From contig NC_087248.1 of the NCBI RefSeq assembly GCF_037042905.1, forward strand, positions 1,054,001 through 1,118,000: DNA of 64,000 bases, in the 5' to 3' direction. This stretch comes from Lytechinus pictus (lineage: Eukaryota). Positions 34,375 to 48,154 of the stretch are shown here, one piece after another. The notes under the pieces were generated by a model. It ran no database searches. It was not told the origin of the DNA and worked only from the letters and a program-made list of their open reading frames with translations. Numbering within the stretch: the stretch's first letter is position 1; each line of letters starts with the position of its first letter. The translations under genes and the position numbers were made by a program.

Positions 34375-37300
34375 TTATGATGCGACAGCTGCTTGTGATT
34401 GAGGCGATGATTGCAGAGATTGTTGATGTAGTCTGACGTTCGCAGGATCATAAAACGGCTGAGAGAAATCATAATGGGCATCATTGAAAACACCATGCAT
34501 TCTTCGTCTGCGGGGGAAACAAAATAAAGAAAACAAATGATTTAGTATGGTTTCCATGGTTTCATTCATCTTACCTTGATTGATTTGAGATTAAAAAATC
34601 AGTTTAATCTAATTACAAAATTCAACTACCATATTTTTTAAAAATTAATCTAAGAAACACAATATTACCAAATAAAATATAAAAACTCAATATAACAAAA
34701 TGGTTAGGATCATAAAGAATCCATTATCTAGTAGCATGTATAAGCAAGGTCATACAATATACAAAAAAACAAAATGAAAATACAATGACAGTATTTTGCA
34801 AACAGAGATTTATGTAGTGATTGATATATGACGTCATACAGGAAAATAATAATCGAGATTCCCCTTTTATTTTTTATTCTTGACATGAAATAAATTTGAA
34901 ACCTAGTGAAATTGCATGCCTTGAGTAATTCCTCCACAGATATGCGGTATAATGAATTCCTATAGATATATTTATTACCTAAACTTAGGATTATATCATA
35001 ATAAATGAGACCAGAAATTAAGGGGAGTTATCACCATCCTCTACAACTGTTGCTTTCTAAGTTAGATTAATGATTTGAATGCATATCTTACCTGCTTGCT
35101 AGTCTGACAGGGCTTTCTATATCATGTAGAGGCATGGCCAACCATGTAGCACACTCGGTACCATGACGACCAAGCGGTACCAGCGGGAGCGGGGGCAAGC
35201 GGTGGCGCTCTACTGCTTTGTCCGGTAAAACTTCACCTAGATGGAGTTAAAAAGGGAAATGATCTTAGAAATCTAAACGAAGTGTGATTAATGCAAAAGG
35301 TAGTATGTCATTGAACAACATTAGAAGAAATACCAAATCACTCTCCATTAAGACTTTCTATCTATTTGACATGATCATCTATATAAGGCAATTTTTTCAG
35401 TTTCTGATTTAGCAATTAAAACAATGTTTGATGCTTCAAAAAAAAATGTACACAAATAAATAGCCATGAAATTGATAAAAGGCAACAAATAATATTGCAA
35501 TATTATACAAATCTTAAAAATTTGTTGAATATGACACCCCCTTCCCCCAGTACTTGTACAAAAGCCATCCTCATAGGGTTCTCAATCTAAGGGGAGTCAA
35601 CTTTTCAAATGATATACAAGGCTTCAAAATTATTACTGTGTGCATCATATTAAATTTATTCATTGAATTAAAGTCCTACTGACACTCACCTGTTTGGCAA
35701 GCTAGGGTAGTCCTGTCCTCATTATTCCTCTCTCGTTCCTGTTGCAATGTTGGGTCCTCTTGGGTGTTTCTATGGATCTTAAGAGGAGCTGGTCTAGGAA
35801 CTACAAGCTTCATAGGATCATACTCCTGTGTGTCATAGGTATCTAGAAATACAAAACCCTGTCAACAGAAGAGAAACATGTAAGTCAATAGAATACCACT
35901 GTTACACAGAAATCATGGAAATATACATGTACCTTTTAACTGCACATTAAAAAAAAATTGACATTCAGAGGTCATTTAACAGAGTTTCTATTAAAAATTG
36001 TCCAAATTAATATATTGTATTCATTTCCATGACAAGAACCTTTTCATTTTTTAGAATAAAAAAATCAATATTGAGTTTCCTTCTGATAAGAAATGCCTAT
36101 CTATCTTAATTTGAGGGCAGGAGAATCGGGAGGTAGGGAGAAAATGATATTATAAAATGTCATCTATATTCTTTTTGCTAATTTTCCTTGCATATCATAC
36201 AAAGATTTGACTTGTAAGATTGATCCCCTACTGCTATTGCATCACACTGTATAAATTTTGGTTTGGCTTACTGTTACACATAGTATAATTCTAAAAAATA
36301 AGTGGGATCAAACACAATGGCCCAAATTCAAAATGGTACTTCTTTTAACCATCAGTTGAACCCATTTTTTATGCAGATTTCCTGTATAAATTACGCTTAT
36401 TTTACCGCGTATATTAAAATCATGTCCAATGCTGATGCACACTTTTCTCACAGTGAGCCAAATTGATGCCTGTTGCCGTGGTTATCCATGCTATTTTTTA
36501 TCATGAATCCACTCTTTTGAATTAACGAGTGTACTCTTTAAGCAGTGGACTCATTAATAAAATTGCGTACTTAACCATTGCAACAGGCGTCACTTTGGCG
36601 CACTGTGACAAAAGCGCGCATCAGCATTGGGCATTTTTTTAATATACGCGGTAAATAAGCGTAATTTATACAGGAAATTTTCATAAACCATGGATTCAAC
36701 CGATGGTTAAAAAAAACACCTTTATGAATTTGGGCCTATATCTCCATACATTTGTAATAATTTGAAGAACTAAATGAAGGAGAGTATATCTTAATTTTTC
36801 TGTTAACAAATTGCAAATAATTAGTGTGGAATCAATCATGATGTAACAAATGACAGTTTCTTTTGAACTGTGACTCACAGCTTCTCAATCATCTTACTTC
36901 TGCATCATCAGCCTGATAATAATATTTCATGAGCAAACAATGGACATGTGATTCTTCTTACCTTTTTATTGCCATGCCTGAGGTATTCCTTATATATACT
37001 TCTTTTCCTCTTATCCACCTTAGGGTAGTTCTTCATCTCTTTATATATACTGCTATCTATTGGCTCCCAAATCTTCTCACTCCATTTCTTATAAAGCATC
37101 TCCTTCTTACGCAGGTCAAGAAAATCTTTGTTCATCAAGTAGTTGTCTACATCCTGTCAAAAAAATACATCAAAGCTTTGAAAAATGATAATCAAATACA
37201 TAAATATTTCTGGTTTTAAAAGAAGAAGTAACGAGATATCCAAAATAGTAACAATATCACAAGTTTTATGATCAGTTTTTGGTTAGTGGTAAAGGCAAAG

Positions 37301-39024
37301 TATGCAATCTATAATACGTTATTCTAAATGATGGCACAATATGAAAATAATTCAAATAACAAGAATGATACAAATAGTCTAACTAATATTTATCTGCAAA
37401 AATAAATAATTTTATCACTTGAGGGTATATAATCAGTTTCAGGATAAGGGTTTACTAGCAATGTCTGATTAAAAAAGCAAAAAATGTTTAGTCGCTCATA
37501 ATACTTACTTTGACAAATGTTTTCTCTGTATTTAAAACTCCCATATACATCTTCTTGGTTTCTTTTGATTCTGGATCTGCTTTCTCCTGTGGATGGAGAA
37601 AAAAAAATACTTTAAATAATAAACAAGAAAACAGACAATTATTTGGTCTTTTTGCAACAGAAACAACAACACATTTAAATGAATTTAATATCCCATGCAG
37701 AATGGATAATGATCACTTGACAATTTGAAACAAAAAGCAAAGTGTCTAATGTCTACATTAGAAGTATAAAACTGAAAAAATGCAATTAACATTATTGATT
37801 TATCACCATGGCAACCTCTCCGCTCTCCCACAATTCCATGTGATAGTGGGAAACAATATTTGCACAATGGAACTTCTTCTATATATTTCAATTAGGGCTT
37901 AAAGCACAATGTGTTTATCACATCTACCACACAACCAAGAATCTATAAGCAAATACCACAAGTTGAATGAGAGCTAATTAGTTATCTTGAGATACACACC
38001 AAGATTATAAGGTGTGTACAATAATTGTACTTTATACTTTATCTTCTCTACTCAGTTCTCAGTAGATGTACAGTATTCACTGCCCTTTATTTTTGTTTCT
38101 TTCATGGACATGAACATAATTTTTTTCTTTTCTATCAAACTACTCTCTGAGTTCCTCAACCATATACAGTGTAGTAGTTCCCTTTTATTCTTTTACTTTA
38201 TGTTCTATTTCATTTTCTATTTCTTTCCTGTTTCTTTAAAAAAATTAAACTATTATAGCAATAATTTTCAAACATAATTGTTTTTTCTGTCTATTTTCTG
38301 TAAGTCTATCCATCAAATCACCCTTTCCCCCTCTCTATTTCTCTCCCTTACTTTCTTCCACAAACATTAAAAATGTAAGAAATCAAATTTTTCCCTTCGA
38401 TATATAGGGTTCCTGTCCATGTTTTTTCCAAATAGCAATCCCTCCTGCTCATTATCTTACGTCAATGGCCATATAATGAAATATGTTCTATTTCATTTTC
38501 TATTTCTTTCCTGTTTCTTTAAAAAAATTAAACTATTATAGCAATAATTTTCAAAACATAATTGTTTTTTCTGTCTATTTTCTGTAAGTCTATCCATCAA
38601 ATCACCCTTTCCCCCTCTCTATTTATAATAATAATAATACTTTTCTTATATAGCGCATAATAAACTGTACGTTTCTCTATGCGCTTTACAATAAAGGTTA
38701 CAAAGTAAACATGCTACAAACAAAGAAAATAGACTTGTGAATTACAGAATTACTTAATATTTAAACTTACAATTATTATCTATAAAATAAATACCTATAC
38801 TACACCTAGTTATGGGTTTCGGAAAAGATGGGTTTTGAGTAAGGATTTGAAAGTTGAATAAGTGGATGCCTGTCTGATATGTAGGGGTAAGGGGTAACAG
38901 AAATACAACAATAAGATTGTATCGATGTTGGTGCAACAAAAGAAACCACATGTGCTATGAATATTTTTGAGTATATAAAGGTTAAGTAATCAGCCTAAAT
39001 ACTCAAGTTTTCACTTGTTAAGAC

Positions 39025-39074
<50 letters not shown>

Positions 39075-41280
39075 GGATAGATAAATTATTTTTAATTAAG
39101 TAATTTATTATTCAATCAATAAAGAAAAAGGACAACAAAACAGCATATGACATTTTTTCTTTAAAGATTGAGACGTTGTTGAAATTTTTGTCTCCATATT
39201 TGGCTATGTGCTGCAACAACCATTATCAATTACCTCAATAGTCGCAAAATGGAATACATTGTTACATGTACAATAATATTCACTCTAAATTAAATTTTCT
39301 CATAAAAATAAAGCTTTTGTTCAATTAGGCCAAAAATAAATATCTAGTTTGTAGCCCATGATTATGGATGTAATATTGATTTAAGTTCAGTAATATTACA
39401 GTAATATTCCTATGGATATGGAATAATGAAAGTAATCAGTATAGCATTTTTAAACAATGTCACATTTCCTGATAATTACTGGCGACCATGAAAGCATCTC
39501 AACATTTAAATTGAAGAGATATAACCATTATGCATTATAATATAATAAAAACTCAAGATTGAACGCATCCCTAGTCACACTCTATAGAATCTCCTTTTCT
39601 TTACCTAGGCTAGAGCTAGGATTATATTCAAGAGAAAGGAAAATTGAACGCTCATCCTTTTTTTTTTGGGGGGGTGGAGTTGTTTTGTAAGTGTTCTTGA
39701 AACCATGGTGATCTCAGAAACAGTTGGCCCTTCATGTATAGAAGTTCCCTGTCCATTTTAAATCCAATAGGTACACATTGGTATCCCACATGTAATTGTA
39801 TTCCCTTCTAAACAAATAAATAGCATTGTACTCTTCTTTTCAAGTGAACAAATACTCTTACTCCTGAATGACTTGAAGTGATAACAGATACATCTAGCGT
39901 GACTTAATACCATTAGAATATCCCTGTAAAATGTGTGAGTCTATTTGTTAAGAAGTGAGAAAATATACACATTCAGATAAACATGGATGAATAAATTCCC
40001 TTTTACAATCATTCCATACTCAAGATCTCATACAAGCAAAATAAATTCCGTCTTTTAGGGAGGACTTTCCCTAAAATATTATATGAATTTAATAGTATTA
40101 CCAGCATTTAAAAAATTAAATACTAAAAAGCTTACTTGTTCCCTGACGACCCCCCCCCCCCCCCGACACCAGGGGACATAATATTTCTTACACACTTTTT
40201 ATATTGCCTTATTTTTCATATCTTCTTTTTTCTTTTTCTGGAGAAGTTTAGAGGGGTGGAGGGTGCCACCCCTAGATATCTGCTTCTGCCTAAACAGCAC
40301 CATTTTTTAACCAACCTGTACATGTCTGACAGCTTTCTGGCATAACCAGTTCTGTATCTTAGCCGTTTGATCTAGAGCTGATCCAGTGCTTCCTGCTGAC
40401 ATCATACTGGTTCTACTAGCTAGGGGTGTACTCCAAGGACGCTGAGGAGATGAACAGGATGGTTCCGTTTGCTCTGGTAATTCTTCTAGTTTCCTCCTCC
40501 ATGTGTGTCTTTTAGTGAACTGCATAGTAAACAAAATATAGGATGTAAAATAAAGGATATGTCATTCCATTAATTGAATAGAGCATATTTCAATGCTGGT
40601 GAATCATGATGCAAAAAAAATCATGACGGTAAAAATGAACAAATATAGTGATAATAATGATGAAAAATATAATAAGAATTATCATAATTTTCATCATTAT
40701 CATCATTATATCATCATCATCACAATCACCACCATCATCGCCAATATCACCACCATCGCCAATATCTTCACCATCATCATCATCATCACTATATATGTAC
40801 TATCATCATCACCATCATCATCATATCGTCATCATCATTAGAATTAAAATGAAGGATATACACCGCATGTAATTGATGATGGTGATGAATATCTTTTTTT
40901 TTTAGTATGTTGATAATTAATGATTATAATAATCAAGCATTATAATGATAACAGAATAATAATAATAATGATAACAAATAATAATAATAATAATAACAAG
41001 AACAATAACAACAACAACCTATAGGCCTAGAACTTAGGCAAAACTTACAGGCACAATTTAAACTTATCAATGTATTTCCATAGTCAATGTCACTGATTAA
41101 TCAATACATAGAGCGAGGCCTACGACTATTTTGTACAGCCAGGCCATTCCACGCCCACATTGTTATACATACCAATTTCTGGGTATCATTTTCGCGTGCA
41201 TCGTCAAGTAATATCTCCCTCACTTCTGGAGAATGAATTCTAACATTTTCCAATCTATCTCTAGATCGTAGACCCTGCAT
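34375..41280 (-). CDS. FAM228B: FAM228-family protein (FAM228B-like), 342 aa, 7 coding exons
   Basis: Phase-consistent exons 41280-41173, 40519-40316, 37586-37509, 37153-36962, 35858-35690, 35236-35092, 34507-34375 (TAA), total 1029 nt. Core recalled as FAM228-like: LNTEKTFVKDVDNYLMNKDFLDLRKKEMLYKKWSEKIWEPI...YKEYLRHGNKKGFVFLDTYDTQEYDP...EDP...WLAMPLHDIESPVRLASRRR. A vs B paralogue assignment cannot be resolved by eye. Confidence 0.85.
36319..36736. mobile_element. Palindromic MITE, same family as 20172-20589
   Basis: GGCCCAAATTCA...TGAATTTGGGCC termini; arms match the 20 kb copy. Confidence 0.8.
38627..38860 (-). mobile_element. L2-like LINE 3' remnant flanking a ~140-bp local duplication (38202-38340 / 38483-38625)
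   Basis: (AAT)n tail plus TATATAGCGC...GCGCTTTACA terminal hairpin. Confidence 0.5.
39027..39082 (+). repeat. (GATA)n microsatellite
   Basis: About 14 tandem GATA units with one variant. Confidence 0.95.
40680..40840 (+). repeat. (CAT)n microsatellite
   Basis: Degenerate CAT/CAC triplets. Confidence 0.85.
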
Positions 41281-41399
41281 CGCACTTTCTTGGTGTTGTG
41301 CTTCTTAATCTCTAAAATTAACAACGTTCTTATTCCTCCATTTTAATCCAATAAATAGTATAATTCCAGATATGATCGAATAGCGAATATATATGTTTG

Positions 41400-41890
41400 C
41401 GGTGATGTGTGTCTTTCACTCAATCAACCGCACCGATCGTATTGTTGATTCTCGTTCCCTCACAACAAACACATGCTTCCGCGGTATCAATGGAGACGTG
41501 ACTCGGCCTATTGTTGCGCGGTTTGTTCCACGATTTCGTAAAGTTAAAATAACATTTTCCTGCAAATATACAATTGTAGGGATAAATACTTTCACATCAT
41601 ATTTTCTAACCTTTTTCTCGAAGTTTTTCACAAAATTTGAACAATTCACTCTATATATTTGCAATAATAAACGAAGTTTTAATTCGAACTATATTTCTTG
41701 CCCAATAATACCAATGAACTTTTCCCAAACTTTTCGCGTATAGTCTAGTCTCTATGGAAATGACCCAGAATGACCTCGGGTCACCAGTTGACCCTTACGT
41801 TATTATCGCATATTGTAAACACGATCAAGAAAAGAAAATCTGAAGTTCTGAATCTCCTGATTGTTGTATGATTAGCTGAAATACGTAAGT
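41400..41890. promoter_or_regulatory. Putative bidirectional promoter for FAM228B (-) and PFN4 (+)
   Basis: CpG-enriched patch. Minus-strand acceptor at 41312-41313 just before the FAM228B ATG exon; strong plus-strand donor AC|GTAAGT at 41885, consistent with a non-coding PFN4 first exon; X-box-like GTTCCCTCACAAC at 41454-41466. Confidence 0.5.
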
Positions 41891-42500
41891 TTTTTTTCTT
41901 CATACATTTTACATGTTCCATCATAATTCGATTCAGCACCCCATCCATGCAATAGTTGCCGCTGAGAATTGGGGAATTTCGACGATCATGATAGACATGA
42001 ATGCAGCTTATTGACTCCGGGTTCCAGGCGGGCTGCGCTATTGCGCTAGGCGGGTGGATCGGGGTACTTTGTTATTCCGTGCCCGCTCAGCTCAGGTGTA
42101 CGTGGGTTGTACAGTGACAGTGTAGATAAGTACCAAATGTATATACTTGTATATGAATATGTTATTATATCCTTTTTCTATGTCTTTTTGTTATTCATTT
42201 GTTCAACAGTATTATCTTTTGCATTCAAGGCTTTCATCACCTTTTTTTGCCATCTTGTTATAGCTTTTTATATTTATCCATGTTTTGTTATGTAGGCCTC
42301 ACTCACACGTATTGCGAGGTTAGTATTAGTATACTAACCTCGCACCACGAACCGCCTTTGGCAGTGGATTTCTAACTAGTGGGTCGCGCGTGCTGGGATC
42401 TCACTTCTTTGGTCCACAACACACGACTTCTATGGCTTGAATTTTCTGTGCGCGGCGGCATGTAATGAACCCTTGGGTGTGTAGGCCTATACGTATTTAT

Positions 42501-43025
42501 GTATGATGGGGGGACCTAAAGCTACGCACTTTGTTTACAAACGATAAAAACTCTGCCGATTTTTATATTCTATCAAACCATCTTTCACAAATTTGTGTTA
42601 AATATTGTAAAGATTCATAACCAAAAAGAAAATATCACAAAACTCACTAATACGAAAATCCCGCCGTGTTTTCCGAACACCTCTTGATTTCGCCGCCCGA
42701 TGTAGAAGGGGTCCTAAAGCTATGCACTCAATTTATCATGCAAAGAAAAAGTATTTCCTGTGCCTTAACTTCTAAATAATGTTCATATTCTTATAGGAAA
42801 ATATGAAATCAAACTGAATATAACTCCAAAATTCCAAACAGTTGCTGGTTTTCTCTGTATTTAGCGATTTATTGCAGCCTCTGTAGAAGAAAATGAATAG
42901 GAATCGTTCGTCACACTGCAGTCACTAGCTCCACACAGAGTGCGCATTTTGCAATTGAAATTGCATGCGCATTGGAATGGTGCGTAGCTTTAGGACCCGC
43001 GTAGCTTTAGGGCCCCCTACCATAC
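42501..43025. mobile_element. MITE with ~27-bp TIRs
   Basis: GTATGATGGGGGGACCTAAAGCTACGC pairs with GCGTAGCTTTAGGGCCCCCTACCATAC. Confidence 0.75.
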
Positions 43026-46000
43026 GTATGCATACTATGTATGAATTTGATGTACATGTATGTATAACTATGTATATTCTCATACTCCGAAAGGGGTCGA
43101 CAGATTAAAGTTTCAGTTCAGTTCAGTCAGTAGTTCCTGCCTAGCTGCCGAATGTTATGACCTAATTATGTTGAATAATAATAAGATTAAGAAGGAGAGG
43201 AGGAGCTACACTAGAGCCTAGCTAGGCTCTGTCCTAAGTTACCGTACTTTAGACAGCTGCCAGTCGTCTGTTTCGAGAATAGAAGAGTTTTTTCATTTTA
43301 ATATTTTAAATTTTTTCTCTCTTTGACTTTGTACAGACGGCATGCAATCGTGCAGCTGCCATTAGGGGGTTAACAATGCAAATTCCCCCCGACGGGGCTC
43401 ATCTATTTTTGTCTTTATTTCATAAAAAATATATAAAAAGAACTGGACCAAAATAAAGACTAGATCTAGTATCATCTATATGTGGTCGCATTTCATAAGA
43501 CGGCAAAAAGGGTGGTGGATAAACAAATTTCCATGCAGTGCTGTGGATAAATTGTAAGTTGGCTACATCACAGCCCCATGGCCAAATTTGTTGTGTAGTG
43601 TAAGGTCTCATTTTGAAGCTAGAACTATAGGCTAAATATATTACTATATAGTATAAATTAGATCAATACAATATCAGCAACAAAAACTAGAGTCTACAGC
43701 ACATTAAGTTTGAAGTTACAGGGGTGGCGGAGCCGGTGGATGCGAAAAATGATAAAAATGGGGGTCCCCTCCGCGGCACATACCCACTATGCATTATATA
43801 CTGAGTGCCCCCCCCCCCTCCTAGCCATGCATGTTCCAACTTACCCCGTATATGGGGTAAGTTTGAACGCTTGCGATGGTCTTGTTCGAAGTGGATTTTT
43901 TCAGTAACCATCATAGAGTTAAAAATTTTATGGGGTACATTTGAAGCCTTTAGATATATGCTTTAAGCTGATATTGATTGTTTCTTGAATAAATTCTATG
44001 TGGATTTTACAGCCATTTTTGTCGAAAATGTTCCAACTAACCCCAATCTCCCCTACAACTTAAATACTTCATCACTTAGTTCAAACTTGTACTCCATGAC
44101 TCCGTCTTTCTTTGTACGTGGGCAGCGCAAGATGGCGGGCGGCCACCGGTCTTCTTGCAAAGCTGTGCCACTACATAAACAAGACTTAATAATAATAATA
44201 ATGTTAATGATAATAATAATTTCATAACTTCATCTATTTATTTTGTGCTTAGTTGCTTGCTTTCTTTACTTGTAGGTAAAGTACTTTCGTTATTCAGTCA
44301 TTATTCAATTATCAATTAGTGTGTGATTCCATCTCCAGCCCTTGTACAGAACACCAATCTGTATTAAGACTGAAGATGACCCTCCTTATCTCTCCTTTGA
44401 TTCTCAAAGATCTGAAGAAGCCAATTTACATTGCCATCATTGACACAGTGTTGAGTCAACTTAAGATGACAATGAAATGCTTTTAGCACATGGAAGGAAG
44501 CAAACATTTAGACTTTTCATGAGAAACAAATAATGATTTTCACCAGCTACTGTTAGCAACTACAAATCTGTTGATCTCATTTAATTAATCAGTGAAAATC
44601 ACTGACAATAGAAATGTTCTCAGTATAATGAATTCTGAAAAACAACACAAGATCTTAGTTTGCCTTTGTTACAAACTGCTGCACATGAAATTTTAAAGAA
44701 GAAACTTCTTAAAACAGTATCATTGCTAAAACAGAACGTGACAATAACTATCCACATGATTCTTAAACATGGTAAAAGCTGAGATGAAACAAGCAAATAT
44801 TTGAATTGTGCATCCTGGGAAAAACCAATCATTATACATGTAGTTGCATCAAATGAAATATGGTGATCTAAATGTGTGTGCCATTTTTTACTTCATGTAC
44901 ATTATGATTTTATTGTGTCTTTGTGGGTTTTTTTAATGCTTTTTATTTTCACAAGAAGGGCTGCTTCATGTGCTGTATTTCTATTTATTTGTTTGAATTT
45001 GTTTATTAGGGGGGGGGGGGACTTGTACCAATCAGTTTTATTAGAAGTGTCAAATGCTCAGAATGCACCCTCTACTGAATATTAAGCGGAATTGCTCAGT
45101 TCTAAATTGTCAAAAATGTAGATTCACTTAATATTAGCAGAAATTAGAAATGCGAGGTACATGTAGATAACATTACAGCTATACTGTATTAGTATCTGGG
45201 ACATGGGGGTAGATCCTCTATGTTTTGATACACCCAAGGGGTCTATAAATGGAGCAAATGGTATTAATTTATTATCAAAATTATCTGATTTTATTTAGTT
45301 GTATCTTCTTCTTTTTTTCAGTAGTGAACATTACATTGCAATTATTAATTTTGGATGTTCTGCTGTTTGTTTGACCTGCTAATAAAACTGCCCCAACCCA
45401 TTGGATTATCTTCTTGTTATGAAGTAAGAGTTGAAATGGTTAGTGTTCCATGAAGCACACAAAGTATAGAGCAAAGCAGAATCCTTCATCTGTACATGTA
45501 AGTCCCAAACTTAAAAGTAATTTTTGTTCACAATAGATGTGAGTTATAGCCTGTGGTTATTATTAGGAGCATTACAATGGGTAGTACAAATCTGGTATGA
45601 TTAAAGCCCTAGGGTTCTGTGTAGGATAAAGGTATAGAGGGGGATAGGATTAGTCAGAGATCTGTAAGGCAAAAATCCTGATTAAACTTTCTTCCAATTC
45701 TCCTTGAAATCTATTTCATTTTGTCCTCCAATTGTCTCATTTATACTTGTAGAGTAAATACATTTGTTCCCAAGGATTGAGACCTATCAGAAAGGAATAC
45801 ATGTATATCTCTAAATTGTATTATATCCCTAGGCAAAGACTTCATCAAGTAATATGTACTTTGAAGAATTATTGTTCGGTAGTACCGGCATAGAGAAATG
45901 TATTGTAAAGCACTCTCACTGGAGAGAAAACTTTAAGATCTCATTTGGCAAAGGGATTTTGATAAATTAGTTCTTGGAGCATTTTGTCTCCACAAACAAG

Positions 46001-46321
46001 AATTCAATCTGATGTCAGCATTAAGCGATGTACATGGCCTTAATATAGAGCTCTACCGTATGCCTAAATTGCTAGATGTTCATGTATGCAGGATCTTTGA
46101 AAAGGAAGCATTTTGGAAATTCATGCATTTTTTTACTGGAATGTCGTGCCATACATGCGAGTTCTAATTTGAAGAGTTGAGGTGAAAGTATTATTTTGAA
46201 ACAAGGAATTATAATGTCTATGGAGCGTGATAAAGGAGAAGACGTGATACCTGAACATCCAGATCTTAAGTGGCTTGATTCTTCATTACCGGTAATATAC
46301 TGTAAATATAATTGTAATATA

Positions 46322-46906
46322 CCATGTGAGTCAACAAAAAACTTGACACTTCACAAATCCCCACTTAAAGAGTATGTTCTCCCAAATAATTTTGATACCA
46401 TATTTATGTGGTATGTGGTAACGCTTAGATGACCAGGAGGTATTCTTTGCAGTGATGTAAATTTTGATTTGTACCAAATTAATTCATGACTGCAATAATG
46501 AATCTAGATGTCAATGATGACATAATTCTACAAGGATTGCATTAAATTCATTTCAAAGCCCCTTTTAAGTAACTTACATTATTTTTTGTTTTAAAAATAA
46601 ACACATTTTAGTATCAATTCTCAAGTTAATTTCATTGAAATTGGATTTATATGTTTAATAACTCATGAAGGATTTTGACATCTGGATTCATTCATTGCAG
46701 TCATGCCTTACTTTAGCGCAAGTCAAAATTTACATCACTGTAAAGAATACCTACTGATTATCCAAGTGTGAAGACAAACCACATAAATATAGTATCAATT
46801 TTTTGGGAAGATCTTTAAAGCCATATAAAATAATTATGTGTTCATCACATATTTTTTCCTTAAATTGGGGATTTGTGAGGTGTCAATTTTTTTTTTTTAC
46901 TCACGG
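46322..46906. mobile_element. Palindromic MITE (uninterrupted copy of the 57293-59310 family)
   Basis: CCATGTGAGT..AAAAAACTTGACACTTCACAAATCCCC pairs with GGGGATTTGTGAGGTGTCAATTTTT..ACTCACGG. Confidence 0.75.
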
Positions 46907-47502
46907 TTGTTTCATTTAATTCATTCACCTACGAAAACACATTTGTTTGCAAGATTCAAGCACAAATTATATATATTTTCTTTTAAGATATGATCAATAA
47001 ACACACAACAAAAAATGGGAGAGGATGCAATATAAAAGCATATTGGCTTATCCCCCAAGGAAATAAAATGTGATTTGAGCGTGAAAGATGACCGAGAGGG
47101 GGATAAAAACAATACATGTTTAGACAAAAATTGAAAGTGTTTTTAGATTCTTATGAAATTTTTAATGAATAGTAATACTGAGGTCTCACAATAGCTGTTT
47201 TGAAATATATATTAACTTGTTGTGAATTTGTGGCATTACATCTGTATATAATACCAACAGTATTGTATAAAATTCATTTTAGAATTTTGGTTCTTAAACA
47301 GTATAATATCTACCAAATGACTTTATTCTTTAGAATTTTATTTAATGTATTATTCATCACAAAATTTCTATATCCTAGATTTTCATTCTTATAATGTTCA
47401 TGGAATGCTTGTACTCAAAATTAATATCTCATCTAGTATTCTACATGTACATGTAGTTTAAAAAATAGAAGAAAACAATGTGTAATTTTTGTGCATTGGC
47501 CT

Positions 47503-48154
47503 CCCGGAGGGGCCACTTCCATTGATGAGTGGATACCATGCGCGACCACGGGGTCTTGAAAAGCACCCTAAACACGTATTTTCCATATTCTGAAAATGCA
47601 CCCCTTAACAAGTATTGGCGTGTGAAACCCTACCCTTAACAAGTATTGAAAACAAATACTATTGGCAAGTATTCACAGAATTGAGCCCCTAAACAATTAA
47701 GTACAGCGATGTATTTTCCATATTCTGAAAATGCACCCCTTAACAAGTATTGGAAACAAAACGGTACTCTTGGCAAGTATTCCCTGAAATGAACCCCTAA
47801 ACAAGTACAGCGATATTTTATTGTTATTTCACGGGTCCGTTGGTCGTCGGTTTTACCTTTACACACCATTATTTCTACACCTCGCGCAAATCGGACTCTA
47901 AACACGTAGTGTTGGGGCAAAAAAGACATCCTTTATAAAACATTTTGATTTTGTTTTATCATCTCCGCATATTTGACCCTAAACACGTATATTTTTCCGA
48001 GCGAAATAGATACCCTTTTTTCAATATTTTTGTGTTTTTGACACCCTTATCACGTTACGTACGTAACGTGCCTTATCTTGAAAAAGACATCCTTTTTACG
48101 TGTTTTTTTGGTCGCGCATAGTATCCACTCGTCAATGTAAGTGGCCCCCCCGGG
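47503..48154. mobile_element. MITE with perfect 8-bp TSD (hAT/P-type)
   Basis: TSD ATTGGCCT at 47495-47502 and 48155-48162. TIR CCCGGAGGGGCCACTTCCATTGATGAGTGGATACCATGCGCGACC. Internal ACCCTAAAC/CCCTTAACAAGTA sub-repeats. Confidence 0.88.
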
